Positions 10,827 through 22,386 of a DNA stretch of 64,000 bases are shown piece after piece. The stretch comes from Guillardia theta CCMP2712 (lineage: Eukaryota; Protista; Cryptophyta), in NCBI RefSeq assembly GCF_000315625.1, contig NW_005434643.1, positions 212,130-276,129 on the forward strand, read 5' to 3'. Positions within the stretch are counted from its first letter, which is position 1, and every line of letters starts with the position of its first letter. Both the position numbers and the translations under genes were made by a program. The notes below the pieces were generated by a model, which did no database searches, was not told the origin of the DNA, and saw only the letters and a program-made list of their open reading frames with translations.

Positions 10827-13800
10827 ATGCCTCAAGAAGAAGGTCAGCAGGCGGATGGCAGCTACAGGCTGCGAAGACTCTTCTACGACATCAGCAACGT
10901 GATTGAAAAGTACGAGTATCGCAACGCCAACACGTTCTTGTCTTGGATTCTCAACTGCTCTACTGGAAACATTCTGCAACTTTTTTGTGCCTTGTTCCTG
11001 AGCCTATCAGGGCCTGTCTTCAAGCACGAGGGAGTAGGTGTCTTCTTCGATGGCCTGACGCTCCTGATCTCCCTCATCCTCCTGCTCTGGCTGCATCATG
11101 CCTCGGTGCTGCGGCACGAGATGTTCTTGAGCTGGCGAGTCAAGGTCTTTCTGAATCGCGTCTCGAAGCTCATGTCGTATCCTTCCTTGGGATCCATCTT
11201 TCACATGCTCGACAACTCGGTCTGGCTGCAGACCTCTCGCACCATCTCGACTGTGCTGGTCTACAACGAGGACGGAAGCACCAAGATCATACCCAGCCAG
11301 CTGCTGCTGAGTGGCGATCGGATCGAAACGCCTCCGGACATGACGCTGCTGAGCGATCACTGCGAGAAGCATGATGGCAACGACAGTATCGTCAAGGATA
11401 CTCCGACAGCGTCTAAACTGGATGACATTCTGAGTAAGAACAGAAGGCCTGACACGTTGTTCGAGAGGCAGACCAGGACCGTCAAGACGGTCGTTGGTTA
11501 CACACTCATCGGGTCACTCCTCGCTTCCTTCTTGTCCTCTATCCTCCTATTTGCCATCGACCCCCGTGCTTCGGAGGATCTGTTTGATATCTTCGTCGTG
11601 AGGCATGTGAATGTCTGCCTGCCGCTGCTCCCGCTCTCCATCTTCTTGACTTCCCTTGTTCTCAAAGTGGCATGCAACGCCTTCATCTCTGCTAAGATCG
11701 AGCTCCTGCAGAAGAACACAGAAGACATGAACCGGGAGAAGTTCTCGTCCCGAGAACGTCGTCTCAGCGTGGAGGAAGAGCCTCCAGTTTCGTCGGGGAG
11801 GAAGAGTTGGCTCGGGCGGCTCAAGGGCATGGTCGGGTTGAAGAAGCAAGGGAACAACAACGACGACATCCCAATGATGGGAGGAGGCAGCCGGCAGTGG
11901 CAGAAGTTCGATGCGGGCAGCATTGACAGTCAGCTATCATGGAGGATGGTCTTCAACTACTTCCTTCAGAGGATCCGCAAACCTTCGACCCACATTGAGA
12001 ACCAGAGCATCATTCCCATCGTCAACCCTTGTGCCGATGTTGTCGAGACTCTAGGGAGCGCGACTGTGCTGGCGTTTCCGGATGTGGATGGGATTCTGTC
12101 GGAGCCACTACTGTCCCCGAAGCAGATCTTCCTACTGACCTCCGAGGCCAAGACGAGTGGGACTGAGACGAAGACCAACGTCAAGATTATCGAGCTGCTC
12201 GCCTCAGACGATCGCTCGGCGTTGGGGGCCAGCAGCTTCGAGGACGCGGCGGCTGTTCGAAACTTTCTCTCCCAGCTGAAGCCCTTGGGCCTGAACTGTC
12301 TGCTCAACACAAACGCGCACGACGATGACTACTCCATGTTTGTTGAGCGAGTGCTGCGAGAGCGAGCGCAGGCGAGGACGAGGACGAGCTTGAGAGAGCA
12401 TGTGCGGAGCGAAGCTTACGGTGACTTTGTCTCCTGTGACACAGCAGACGCGTCGTACCTGCTGGCCGGCGTGATCGGCTTCTCGGAAGCAGTGGCCTCG
12501 TCGTTCTCACGTCTCATGGAGCTTCAGGTGCTCATTCAGCCTCCTCCGACCAACATCAGCGAGTCAGAGAAGAAGATCTCTAGACTGGCAAGCTACGAGT
12601 CCACGGAAAAGGTCAAGACGGAGCGGCACGTCATGTCAGTGGTGGTGGAGGATTCACAGCAGAAGCTGCAGCTGTTCAGCAAGGGCGACGTTGACTTCAT
12701 CATGAAGCGGTGCAACCAGATATGGGACGGGCAGGAGCTTCGAGCCATGACGGACCGAGACGTCTCCCTAATCTCCCATCACTGCTCTGAGTGTTACCAG
12801 AAGCACTACCGATGCATCGCTCTGTCCTACGTCTCTCTGGATGAGGACAAACGTTCTCTCCTCCTCGAGTCCTCGCAGTCCGGCCGCTGTGTCTTCTTGG
12901 AGTCGGATGGAGACAGTCAGCTGACCCTCATAGGAGCGACTGACTGGCAGCTGGACCGTCAGCTGACCCCGCGCGAGGCGTTCAACCTCTCGCGTCCCAA
13001 GTCTCAGCCGTCGCAGGCGCTCAAGGGGATGGAGGAGCTGATAGACCATCAGATCTTCATCGGCATGCTCATCCTCCGCTTCCGGCCCCTTCCCGAGATC
13101 ACCGACGCCATCGACATCCTCTCTGACGCCGGCATCCGCTTCGTGCTCTTCTCCGACATGCCCGAGTCAGCGACCGTCGCCTTCGGGAACCAGCTGGGCT
13201 TGTGGTCGGACTGGAACTGCTGCATCAGCCTGCGAGACCTTCCTCCTCCTATGCTCAGCAGGCCCCCCTCACCTCCTGGCAGCGGCATCAGCGCCAAGTC
13301 AGCGGGGCGGACAAACTACTCGCACCCTGACTCGCAGCAGGGGCCTCGCCTTCCGCACGGGATCAAGGCCATTCGCAAGCACATCCTCGAGGCCGACGAC
13401 GTTCCTCTCCGCGTCTCGATGTTCTGCGACTCCTCGCCTGACACCATGGCGTCTATGATAGAGATCCTGCAGGAGAACGGAGAGCTGGTCATGTGCTGCG
13501 GGAGCACCAAGAACATTCACAACATGCACCTCTTCGCCTCAGCAGACGTCTCGATGGCTGTCGACCCGCTTCCTGCAACCCGAGGCAGAGACGTCGTCTC
13601 CTTCTACGACTCCGACGCGGACGACCGGGTGCTCATCGACGCTCAGCTGGCGTCAGAGATCACGTCTGTGCCATGTGCGCTTCACTTCGGGCGCTACTGG
13701 AACATCATGAACATCCTTGAGATCGTAAGCACTTCCCGCATGCTCCTCGACGCCATGAGGCAAGCGTCACTCTTTGCCGTGCACGTTTCTCTCCTCCTCA

Positions 13801-14576
13801 TGTCAATCTCGCTCATCGGGAACTGCCTGCTGCTCCCCGAGGTCATTCATCCTGCGCAAGTGATCTGCATCCTCGTCACCATCAGCCCTTGTCTTCTCGT
13901 CGCCATCGTCTTCTCCGGCTACAAGATCTCTCGAAACATCAAGGCCGCCAACCCGATGAGGCTCAAGCTCGACACCAAGAAGGGAAAGCCGGCGATCCAT
14001 CGCTTCATCTTCTATGCGATCATCCGCTTCCTCCCTACTGCCTGCGTGTGCGTCGGGGCGTTCGTGTCGATGCTCTCCGCCAGCCTGTCATCCGAGGCGA
14101 CAGGGGCCCAGGAGTCGCCGCTGCAGAGCATCTGGTCCATCGTTGACTACAAGCTGAGGCCGATGGACGAGCTGGGGGAGCTCAAGTTCAACACGGCTAT
14201 TTTCGAGGCCCAGCAGGTTGTCAACATCCTCCTCGTCGTCTTCATGTCGTTCATGGCCATCGGCAGCCTTCACCGCACAGCTTCTCTCCTCGACCTCTGG
14301 CGCCACTGCAAGTTCATCTGGCTGGCGGCATGCGCGGCTGCGGGCCTCATCCAGGCGACGGTGACCAGCATCGCGCTCAGCAGCTCACACGATGGGGTGA
14401 GGCCGACGCTGAGGAGCACTCCTCCTTCCGTCTTCATCCTCGCAACCACGTGGCCCCTCGTCATCATCGCCATCGACGAGGCCCTGCGGCATCACGATCG
14501 CAAGAAGTTTCGCAAGCTGCAGCAGAGGCTGACGCTGCAATTCGAGACCCTCCTGGGGCAGACGAGCCCCAAGTGA
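10827..14576 (+). CDS. TMEM94: TMEM94/ERMA-family P-type-ATPase-like membrane protein
   Basis: 1249-aa ORF with LGSATVLAFPDVDGILSEP, FLSQLKPLGLNCLLN, AGIRFVLFS, LGLWSDWNCCISL, RLPHGIKAIRKHILEADDVPLRVSMFCDSSPDTMASMIEILQENGE, and C-terminal LQFETLLGQTSPK. An extra 5' exon at ~10600-10770 is possible. Confidence 0.88.
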   Translation: MPQEEGQQADGSYRLRRLFYDISNVIEKYEYRNANTFLSWILNCSTGNILQLFCALFLSLSGPVFKHEGVGVFFDGLTLLISLILLLWLHHASVLRHEMFLSWRVKVFLNRVSKLMSYPSLGSIFHMLDNSVWLQTSRTISTVLVYNEDGSTKIIPSQLLLSGDRIETPPDMTLLSDHCEKHDGNDSIVKDTPTASKLDDILSKNRRPDTLFERQTRTVKTVVGYTLIGSLLASFLSSILLFAIDPRASEDLFDIFVVRHVNVCLPLLPLSIFLTSLVLKVACNAFISAKIELLQKNTEDMNREKFSSRERRLSVEEEPPVSSGRKSWLGRLKGMVGLKKQGNNNDDIPMMGGGSRQWQKFDAGSIDSQLSWRMVFNYFLQRIRKPSTHIENQSIIPIVNPCADVVETLGSATVLAFPDVDGILSEPLLSPKQIFLLTSEAKTSGTETKTNVKIIELLASDDRSALGASSFEDAAAVRNFLSQLKPLGLNCLLNTNAHDDDYSMFVERVLRERAQARTRTSLREHVRSEAYGDFVSCDTADASYLLAGVIGFSEAVASSFSRLMELQVLIQPPPTNISESEKKISRLASYESTEKVKTERHVMSVVVEDSQQKLQLFSKGDVDFIMKRCNQIWDGQELRAMTDRDVSLISHHCSECYQKHYRCIALSYVSLDEDKRSLLLESSQSGRCVFLESDGDSQLTLIGATDWQLDRQLTPREAFNLSRPKSQPSQALKGMEELIDHQIFIGMLILRFRPLPEITDAIDILSDAGIRFVLFSDMPESATVAFGNQLGLWSDWNCCISLRDLPPPMLSRPPSPPGSGISAKSAGRTNYSHPDSQQGPRLPHGIKAIRKHILEADDVPLRVSMFCDSSPDTMASMIEILQENGELVMCCGSTKNIHNMHLFASADVSMAVDPLPATRGRDVVSFYDSDADDRVLIDAQLASEITSVPCALHFGRYWNIMNILEIVSTSRMLLDAMRQASLFAVHVSLLLMSISLIGNCLLLPEVIHPAQVICILVTISPCLLVAIVFSGYKISRNIKAANPMRLKLDTKKGKPAIHRFIFYAIIRFLPTACVCVGAFVSMLSASLSSEATGAQESPLQSIWSIVDYKLRPMDELGELKFNTAIFEAQQVVNILLVVFMSFMAIGSLHRTASLLDLWRHCKFIWLAACAAAGLIQATVTSIALSSSHDGVRPTLRSTPPSVFILATTWPLVIIAIDEALRHHDRKKFRKLQQRLTLQFETLLGQTSPK

Positions 14577-14631
14577 GGGAGAGAGAGGGGGGAGGCGAGG
14601 CAGCAGCGTTTACTCTTATCGGACGTGTGAG

Positions 14632-17600
14632 TCACTTCAACAAGATGTTCTTGAGCGACCATGCCGCAAACCTCTTGGCCTTGTCTGTCGCGCTCTCGTC
14701 CTCCATGAGCTCCTGCAGCGCCTTCCGCGCGGGCTCCTTCCATCCTCCTCCTTCCTCCCTCGCGCTGCTGCAGGTGTTGACGATGGCGAGAGCCGCGTAC
14801 TCTCTGACCTTGGGTCCCAACTGCCTGTTGAGCAAGGCAGTGAGGACAAGCATCCCCTCGTTCGCGTGCACGTCCTGGCAGTTGCCGACGTGCGAGCAGC
14901 AGGCGTTGTTAATGGCAGCGAGCGCGTGCTCGGTAGCTGCCGAGTCCTGAGGCTCATCCGACTGTTCTCTGCGGAGAAAGTCGAGAAGATGTTTGATCCC
15001 CTGCGCCTCATGCAGATCCTGCCGGCTCTCCGGGCAATTCATGCAAGCAGCTCGGATGCAGGCGGCGGCGAACAACCTGATGTTGACCTCCCGTCGAGCG
15101 AGCAGGAGAATCAAAGGCTGCGAGCCCTGCTCGGCAGCAAAGTCAACTCTGCACTCCTCCTCCTGATCCAGCGCTGCCCACATCATCTCACACAGGCATG
15201 CGAGGGAGGAGGAGTCCTCGACCCGAGCGAGCAGGTCGAGCAGGCGAGGCATCCACTTGTTGCTGTGCACGTCTGACCCGAAAGTCTTGACGGTCGAGGA
15301 GGCAGCATAGAGAAGCTGCGCGATGCTGTCAGGGAAGGTCTGAGCATTTTCCTCGACGAACGTCCTGAAGGCGGGGTGAGGATAGAGAGAAGAGACCTCG
15401 CTCGAGCTGCGACCAAGTCTCAGGAAGGAGTGAAGGGTGAGATCCTGGTGGCTCTTGTCCATCTTGTAGAAGGTATGCTCAAGACAGATGAGCATGTTCT
15501 CTCTGATTTCAGCATGCCATGGCTTCACTTTCTCTTGAGGGCACAGAGAGGCGGCAAAGACAAGGACGGTAGGGATAAGACTGCAAGCGTTCTTCTTCTT
15601 GAGACGGAGCAGGGAGCTCAGCCCATCATCGCTCTCAGCGAAATCCTGAGCAGACGGAGGATGCTGCAGCGCTGAAATCAATAGCTTCCAGTTATCCTCC
15701 ATGCCTGGATGCTCCAGGTTGCAATGCAGCATGAATCTTGACAGTCGGAGGTGCAGACTAGAGGAGACCACACTTGCCTGATGAAAGATGTGCCCGAGAA
15801 CCAGCTGACCCAACGAGAGGAGCAACCCGTGATTGAGAGTGTCTTGCAACAAGACCGACATGGGAATATGGTCCATCACTTGAGTCAACTCGGTTCCTCC
15901 TTCCCTCAGGAGCATTTCTAGCAAGATCCTAGCCTGCATCCTCACTGTCTGCGAGGGATGAAGAAGATAGCTGAATAGAAGCGACAGCCACGAGCGTCTG
16001 CTGCTTTCTTCCAACAGAAACCCTTCTTTGTGCATGTTGTTCAACAGGCAGAGGAGCGACTCGCACATCTCAGTCTCCGAGACATCTCTGCTCTGATCCC
16101 CTCTGGGTCTTCCTGACCAGGTCGCTGGTGAGCGTGAATTAGCCAACTCATTCGCTTCGTCTTCTTCTTGGAGGCCGGGAATGTGCTCGGGAAGTGAGCC
16201 CCAGGTCGTCAAGGTTGGGTGACGCTGGAACCATTCCTCAAGGTCTGTCTGCTGATCGAACATGGGGCGGTGCTTCTCAAGACTATCGGCAGCTATCTCG
16301 AAGATGTTGCAGCTGTACAGCACCTGGCAGTTCTCATGGTCCTCCTGAGAGATCACTTTGAGGGTCTTGACGACATGTCGAAAAGTTGCTTGAGATTGCG
16401 ATTGCTGAGCCAGTCGGAGCAGAGCCTCTGGAATCCTACAGGCTCTTGCTTCAGCCTTGCAGGTCTCGTTGGAATGGCACGCGTTGCATATCAAGTCGCA
16501 GGCTGAGATCGCAAAGGCATGAGACTGCTGTGAATCGTTGCCCTCGCGATCGAAGCTGAGAGTCTCCAGCAGCTCTGAGACGCAGCGCACGCCTTTAGCA
16601 AGGTGAAACGCCTCTTGAACTTCCCCAACATTATACAGATCTTGCCCATAATCCATCATGTCTCTGAGCTTGTGTAGCGCTTCTTCTTTTTCGAAGAGAA
16701 ACTTGGAAGACAAGTAAGAAACTAGCTTACTCACTGTAGATAGAAGCGAGTTGGCTACGAGCTTTGCCTTGTGAGTCTCATCGATCATGCCCTTGAGATC
16801 GCTCACGATGTGTGGGAACGTCGGCCTGTCGCTCGCTCGTTTCTTCCAACAGTCTTGGATCATCTTGGTCATGCTTGGCGTGCATGACCCCATGGTCGGT
16901 CGCTTATCTAGAGACAAGACCGCGTGAACTACTGCATCGACTTCGTTCCCGTCATACGGGCGTTCCGACGCGATCATTTCATTCAGCAGAATCGCGAAGG
17001 CGTAGACATCGACCGGAAAGCTGTAGGGTTGACGGGCAAGGATCTCTGGTGCCATGTAAGGAACCGTTCCCGTCAGCCCCTCCTCTGACACCCCAGTCTT
17101 CACTAAAGTCTTGGCGAGACCGAAGTCGGCTATTCTTGCTCCTAGCCCTTTATCGATCAAGATGTTCTGCGGCTTCAAGTCCCGGTGAAGAATGTCTCTA
17201 TGATGCAAGAATCGCATTCCCAGCGCGACGTCTTGAGCTATACTGAGCACTTGCCCGTATGTGATGGCAGCTTTTTGAACGTGTAAGACATTATCCAACG
17301 AGCCATGAGAGTAGAAATCGAGGACTATGCAGGGGGGAGAAGCACAAACCCCCAAGAACCTCACGATCTTGCTGTGCGAAAGGTCTGCCAGCAACCGCAA
17401 CTCCTTGAGGAATTCTTTGGTTGAAGAGCCAGAAAGGTCAGCAGAACCATTCTGTTCGTTGAGGGTTTTGAGCGCCACTGGTGATCCCAGCCACTCTCCG
17501 AGTGTCACCTTGAACATAGATATGAGAGGGAAATCATTACGCGCTCAGACTTACCTCACCAAAGCTCCCTGCGCCTAATCTTTTGACTTTGATGATCTCA

Positions 17601-17680
17601 CCGGATGGGATGATATGACACTTTCTCACACAATCATGAATGTCACTCTCTTGTACTCGATGCTGATTCAAGTTGCTCAT
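14632..17680 (-). CDS. TKL-type protein kinase with C-terminal armadillo-like repeats
   Basis: Exon 17680-17555 (…LGAGSFGE), 46-nt intron, then VTLGEW…VALK, HRDLKPQN, DFG, GTVPYMAPE. ARM-like repeats follow (QGIKHLLDFL…ALAAINNAC, EGMLVLTALL…AALAIVN). Confidence 0.88.
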
Positions 17681-17899
17681 CTTACTTCAATGGTTTGAAG
17701 CCTTTGATCCAAGCATTTTGAGAACCCGCTGCAAACGAACATCAAAAACGATATCATCGGGGACATGTCAACTTTGATTTTGATACAAATCTAACTTGCG
17801 TACTAAGCTTCACACTGAGAGGCTCAAAAAGTGCCTGGTGATTGAGCTCCATGCTCTACTATGATCTCCCATGCCGCTGAGTCCACTAGTCCTCGCTCT

Positions 17900-18950
17900 C
17901 ATCAACGCGGGCAGCCGCACTGCACTACACTCTACCACTGGCGGCTCTAAATGGCCCAGTGGATCGCAAGCGGTATCATCGCGGTAGTAACGGTACAGCA
18001 GGGGGTGTACCGTAGCCTCTAGCAGCGCCGTCCGATCCTCACTCCGCTGCCTTGTCGCTCTTCCTACTTCCATAATGAGGCGGGCCGAGTCCGTCCCAGC
18101 CCGGGCCCGTTCAACACCAGCCTGCAGTGCGGCCGGGCACACTGTGACAGCCGGGCCCGGCTCGGGCCGCGGGACTGCGAGTCGGACGGATCGGACTCCA
18201 CTGGGGCCGCGCGCGCCGGCGACCGTATCGGACGGCCGGGGCCGCCCGGTACGGTCCGATCCTCAGCGGCCGCGGCCTGCGATGATCCGATCAGGACGCG
18301 GCCGCCGCGCGAGTCAGCGGCTCGGCTACTAGCACTGCGCATGCGGCAGTCCCGATCCGTGACCGGACCGTCACGGCCGCGCCGGCGTTACTCAGTTATT
18401 TTGAAGCGGCTCATAAACAGTCACTCTCACGGCCGCAGTGCCAGTGACTGGCTCGGAGCTGAGCCGGAGTGATGACCCGGCGTCCGGAGGGATCTGACTG
18501 TTGGCCCGGCCGGGCAGACTCAGAGTCAGCGGCGGCCCTGCCGGGGCGGTGGCACCGGGCAGGCCCGGCCCGGCTCAGCGGCCACTGAGTCGCCCGGCCC
18601 AGCCGCCGGGGCGGCCTTCCCGCGGGCCCCGGGCCCGGGCCGGCCCGCGCTATGCGGGAGCCGCAGTACTGCGGCTCGCAAACACTGACTTTTAAGCGGT
18701 CACTGATCAACCGTGTGATGTCCGATCACCCCCGGGCCCGGCCCCCGGGCACCGTGGCCCGGCCGGGCCGGGACCGTACTCCGACTCGCCGGGCTTTCAA
18801 GTTTCAGTTCGCACTCCGTCACTGCCCGCCGGCTGACCAGCGGCCTGCAGGGCGGCCGCGCCGGGCAATCATCAAGTTGAAAATCGTTGGCAAAGTACGG
18901 TCACGAGGCACCGTGACACCGTCTGACCGTCACTGTGAACTTCGGAAAGA
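17900..18950. repeat. GC-rich palindromic intergenic island
   Basis: Same vocabulary as the other islands (CCGG, GATC, GTCAC/GTGAC, GACTC, AACTT). Lies upstream of the kinase gene. Confidence 0.75.
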
Positions 18951-20329
18951 GCTATTTCAAAGGCCTTAGAACCATCTCAGGGGAATCTCACAAGCTCGCC
19001 TCAGTGCTAGTGGGGTATGAGATCGAGAGGCATCAAACTATGAATAAGATCTTCAGGGCCTCGCAAGGGGTTTCAAGTATGACTCTCCTCCTCGTCAGGG
19101 GCCGCTGTAAGGGGTCTGGCGATGACCTTGGATGTGAAATAAAGAGATTTCAGTCGATTAATCTTGTCACACCGTTGTAAATGAAGTCCTAACTCTGAAA
19201 GGCTGCAAGATGAGATGTCAAGCGATGGTGTTATGAGGCACAACCACATGGCCTCCGATTCCTCAGATACCAAGAAGGCGGCGATTGAGATCACAGAAAG
19301 GGCTAATGGAGATTGTTTTTAAGGGATAGCCTCTCTGCCTCTTCTACCGGCTTCCAGTGCAATCGGGATGGTCTGGAAATATTTCGATTTGTGCCGAGTG
19401 AGGAACCCATGGTCAGATGAAAAGGTAGGGTCCCGAGGCTGAATAGTGGGGGTAGGGGGTGTGAATCAATGGTCGTTGAGTCAACGTCTGGTGGCAGTGG
19501 ATAAGAACATCGGTTAATAATCGGGCAGGTACCCTCAAAGGGCTTCTACAAGATGGCACCCCCTCTTCGCATTTCTATCAACGGGGTGGGGGTGATCGAC
19601 AGTTGAGATTCCTTGGTTAGATTTTAGTTTTCTTCTGGAGGGGGTGGGGTAGTCATCGGGCGTTGGCAGGGTAGTGTGAGGCAGCATGAGCCTTTTGGAG
19701 CAAATAAAATGCTGACTGACGTGAGGAGATGACCCCACCCCCCACTCATACAAAGAATCTCTTTACGAGTTACCGGTACCGTAAAGGGAACCTTACACGA
19801 TGGGTCTTACAGCCAAACATTCCCACCCACCTTCCCTATTTGTAGCCAGTGACCGGTACCTAAGTTGTACCTGACAAAAGGAGTCCGAAACTCCATATGA
19901 CAGCCTCAGCTATTCATATTGTGAGCTCTATTTAATTTCGACTATCCCCGTACCCACATGACTGTTGAGTACCCAGACACAAGTGCTTCGGTCACAAGGT
20001 CACCCACCCCCAAAGCTACAACTTTCGTATACAAGATCAGCTGACACAAATCTGCATCAATCGATGCAAAATCTCAACGTTAGGCACAATTATTTGTTAG
20101 GGTTCCCGTCCCCCGTTCCTTTTATTTCGACATCTCCTTCCAGTCTGTCATCGTATCCGAACAACAGGGAGATCTCGGCAGCGCTCCTGTACAGCAGGCC
20201 AGACTGTGAGACTCAAGCAGGCTGTCTCTCAAGACTTGAAAGATCCGTTTGGCTGTTCAAATATCTTCATACAAGATACCTACTTCCAGAGCAAAGAGCG
20301 TTTTTGATTTCAGACCTTCAAACTCGGAG

Positions 20330-20815
20330 ATGTGCGCTTCTACTCAAAACATGTATTCGCGCAGATACTCATCTCCTGAAGCGTTGGCAAAGCTCAGCAC
20401 ACGAGAGACGATGATAATGAAGGATGTTGATCTAAGCTCGTCTCCTACGTGCACTTATGATGGATGTCAAGAGTGGGTTTTACAAAGGATGTCAAACAGA
20501 TCCTCATCCGATGTCAAAGTCCGAAGCAGATACTACGATTCTGACCTGGCAAAGATCCCAGTACAACTCTTTGATCCCATCCCGGAAAACCCTTATCAAG
20601 AACAAGCAAGCAATACACACCGCGAGAAAAAAGGGCAACTAGCGAGTGAGAAGTCTATTGGGCGCCTTGGAGAAATTCTATCAGAAGGAAGCTATGCACC
20701 GGTGGAATTGCTCGAACGAAGTCCATTTGGAAGTGCAATTGATGAAATGGGAAATTTTATATCCTCGAGCAGAAATCGAGCTACTAGATCTTTTTCCTTC
20801 GGGGGCTTTTGCTAG
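20330..20815 (+). CDS. Hypothetical protein (~161 aa)
   Basis: Single uninterrupted ORF in an AT-richer region, ending SFSFGGFC* and followed by an AT-rich 3' region. No recognisable domain. Confidence 0.5.
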   Translation: MCASTQNMYSRRYSSPEALAKLSTRETMIMKDVDLSSSPTCTYDGCQEWVLQRMSNRSSSDVKVRSRYYDSDLAKIPVQLFDPIPENPYQEQASNTHREKKGQLASEKSIGRLGEILSEGSYAPVELLERSPFGSAIDEMGNFISSSRNRATRSFSFGGFC

Positions 20816-21189
20816 AATTTCATTTTTTTCGGAAGGGGTTGAGCTGGATTTGTACAATAGACACTATTTTCATATCTGTATTCATTGAATCACATTAAAA
20901 CATTCTAAATTTTCTCTTATGCTCAGATCCTTTAATGCACGCTCATTATCTTGAGCAAGTAAACCTCGATCTGAATTAAGACGACTTAGTCAATGATGTA
21001 CACCAATTGCAATGCTATGTTCCAAGAAGATCATCGGACTGGAGTATCAGTTTTTCAGGATCTGGTGAAACCTCAGTGATTCAAGCTTTTGTCCGTGTGT
21101 AGAAAAGGCTTCGGGTAACCCAGTTAAGTTCAGTGATTTGGGAATCATTCAATCACCGGAAACCAAGGCTTGCCTGAGTTGTCTAAGTT

Positions 21190-21895
21190 TGCACGCCGCC
21201 AGAGCCGCGCGGCGCGTCAAGCCTCGGAGAGTCCGGGCAGGCCTGTCGACGAACTTAGTGCCGGGCGTCGGAACCGTCTGCTGACTGAGTTGTCCGGCCG
21301 CGGCGCGGCGCTCCACAGAAACTGGGCCCGGCGAAAGCGGCGCCGCCGCGGCTGGCACAGCCTCCGGGACCGTCGTCACGGCGTAGTCCGGCAGCCGGAG
21401 GCCGGGCGGGGAGTCCGAGGCTCATTCTGGCATGATTGATCGGACTAGGCTCGGCCGCCGGACTCCGGGAACTTGCAGTCGGCGACGGTCAACCGTTCGG
21501 TGGCAACCGTCACGCCGGCCGTCACGGCGTTGAACTCGGAACCCGGCGCGTCCCGGCCCCACGGTACCGTACCGTACTAGCCTAGTACGGTTTTTCACTT
21601 CACTTTGAGTAAAGAAGTACGGTACGGTACGCCGCCGGGGTACCGTACCGCCCGGTACGGTACTATCCGATGACTCGATCACCGGCGCGGCCGCCCGGCA
21701 GCCTGGCACACCGCCGGGCGGCCTCGGAGTCTGCCGCGACTGGCTGAGTGCGCGTTCGCCGGGCCCACCGTCACCGCCGGACCGTACGGTAGGCTGAGCC
21801 TGAGGCTGCCGCCCGGCCAGGCCCTCTGAGTGGCGCCGCGCGGCCGGGCGGCCCATACAAGTCGTAGGCCCGCACCATGACCGGGCGTTCAAGCC
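21190..21895. repeat. GC-rich palindromic intergenic island
   Basis: CCGG-rich with a GTAC cluster at 21562-21665. Lies upstream of the giant membrane-protein gene. Confidence 0.75.
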
Positions 21896-22386
21896 AAGTT
21901 GATTTGATAGATGGAGAAAAAAGACAGTAACTTCTAGCTAGCAATGACGCTCTGCTTTCAGATCGCTGACTCTGCTGACATAACGTGGGAGGAAAAAGCT
22001 CTCATCCAATTACGGGAGCAGAGTGACAGCCATTGACTACCCCCCACCCACCCACGCTCAAGAGGGGTAGGTAGTTGCGCCTCTGCATTTACTCATCCTC
22101 ATAATGAAGCTCACCCCTCCTTTTCCCATTCCCTGAGGGGTACTGCTCTAATAAAAGTACCCCACCCCTGCTAAACCTCCCTGGGCCTTGATGGTTGCTT
22201 CAGAATGACCACAAGGAGGAGAGCTGTTTGGCAGTGAGAAGCCGGTATGGCAGGAGCATGGCTGCCTATCCTCATGGCTCGGACGAGCGATCTTCATACG
22301 TCGCTGCCTTCCGCTCCCTTCAAGCGTCAACAAAGTTGATCCATGACCTTGCCGTCAAGTTTCACCTGCTAAGCGGGAGCAGACAA

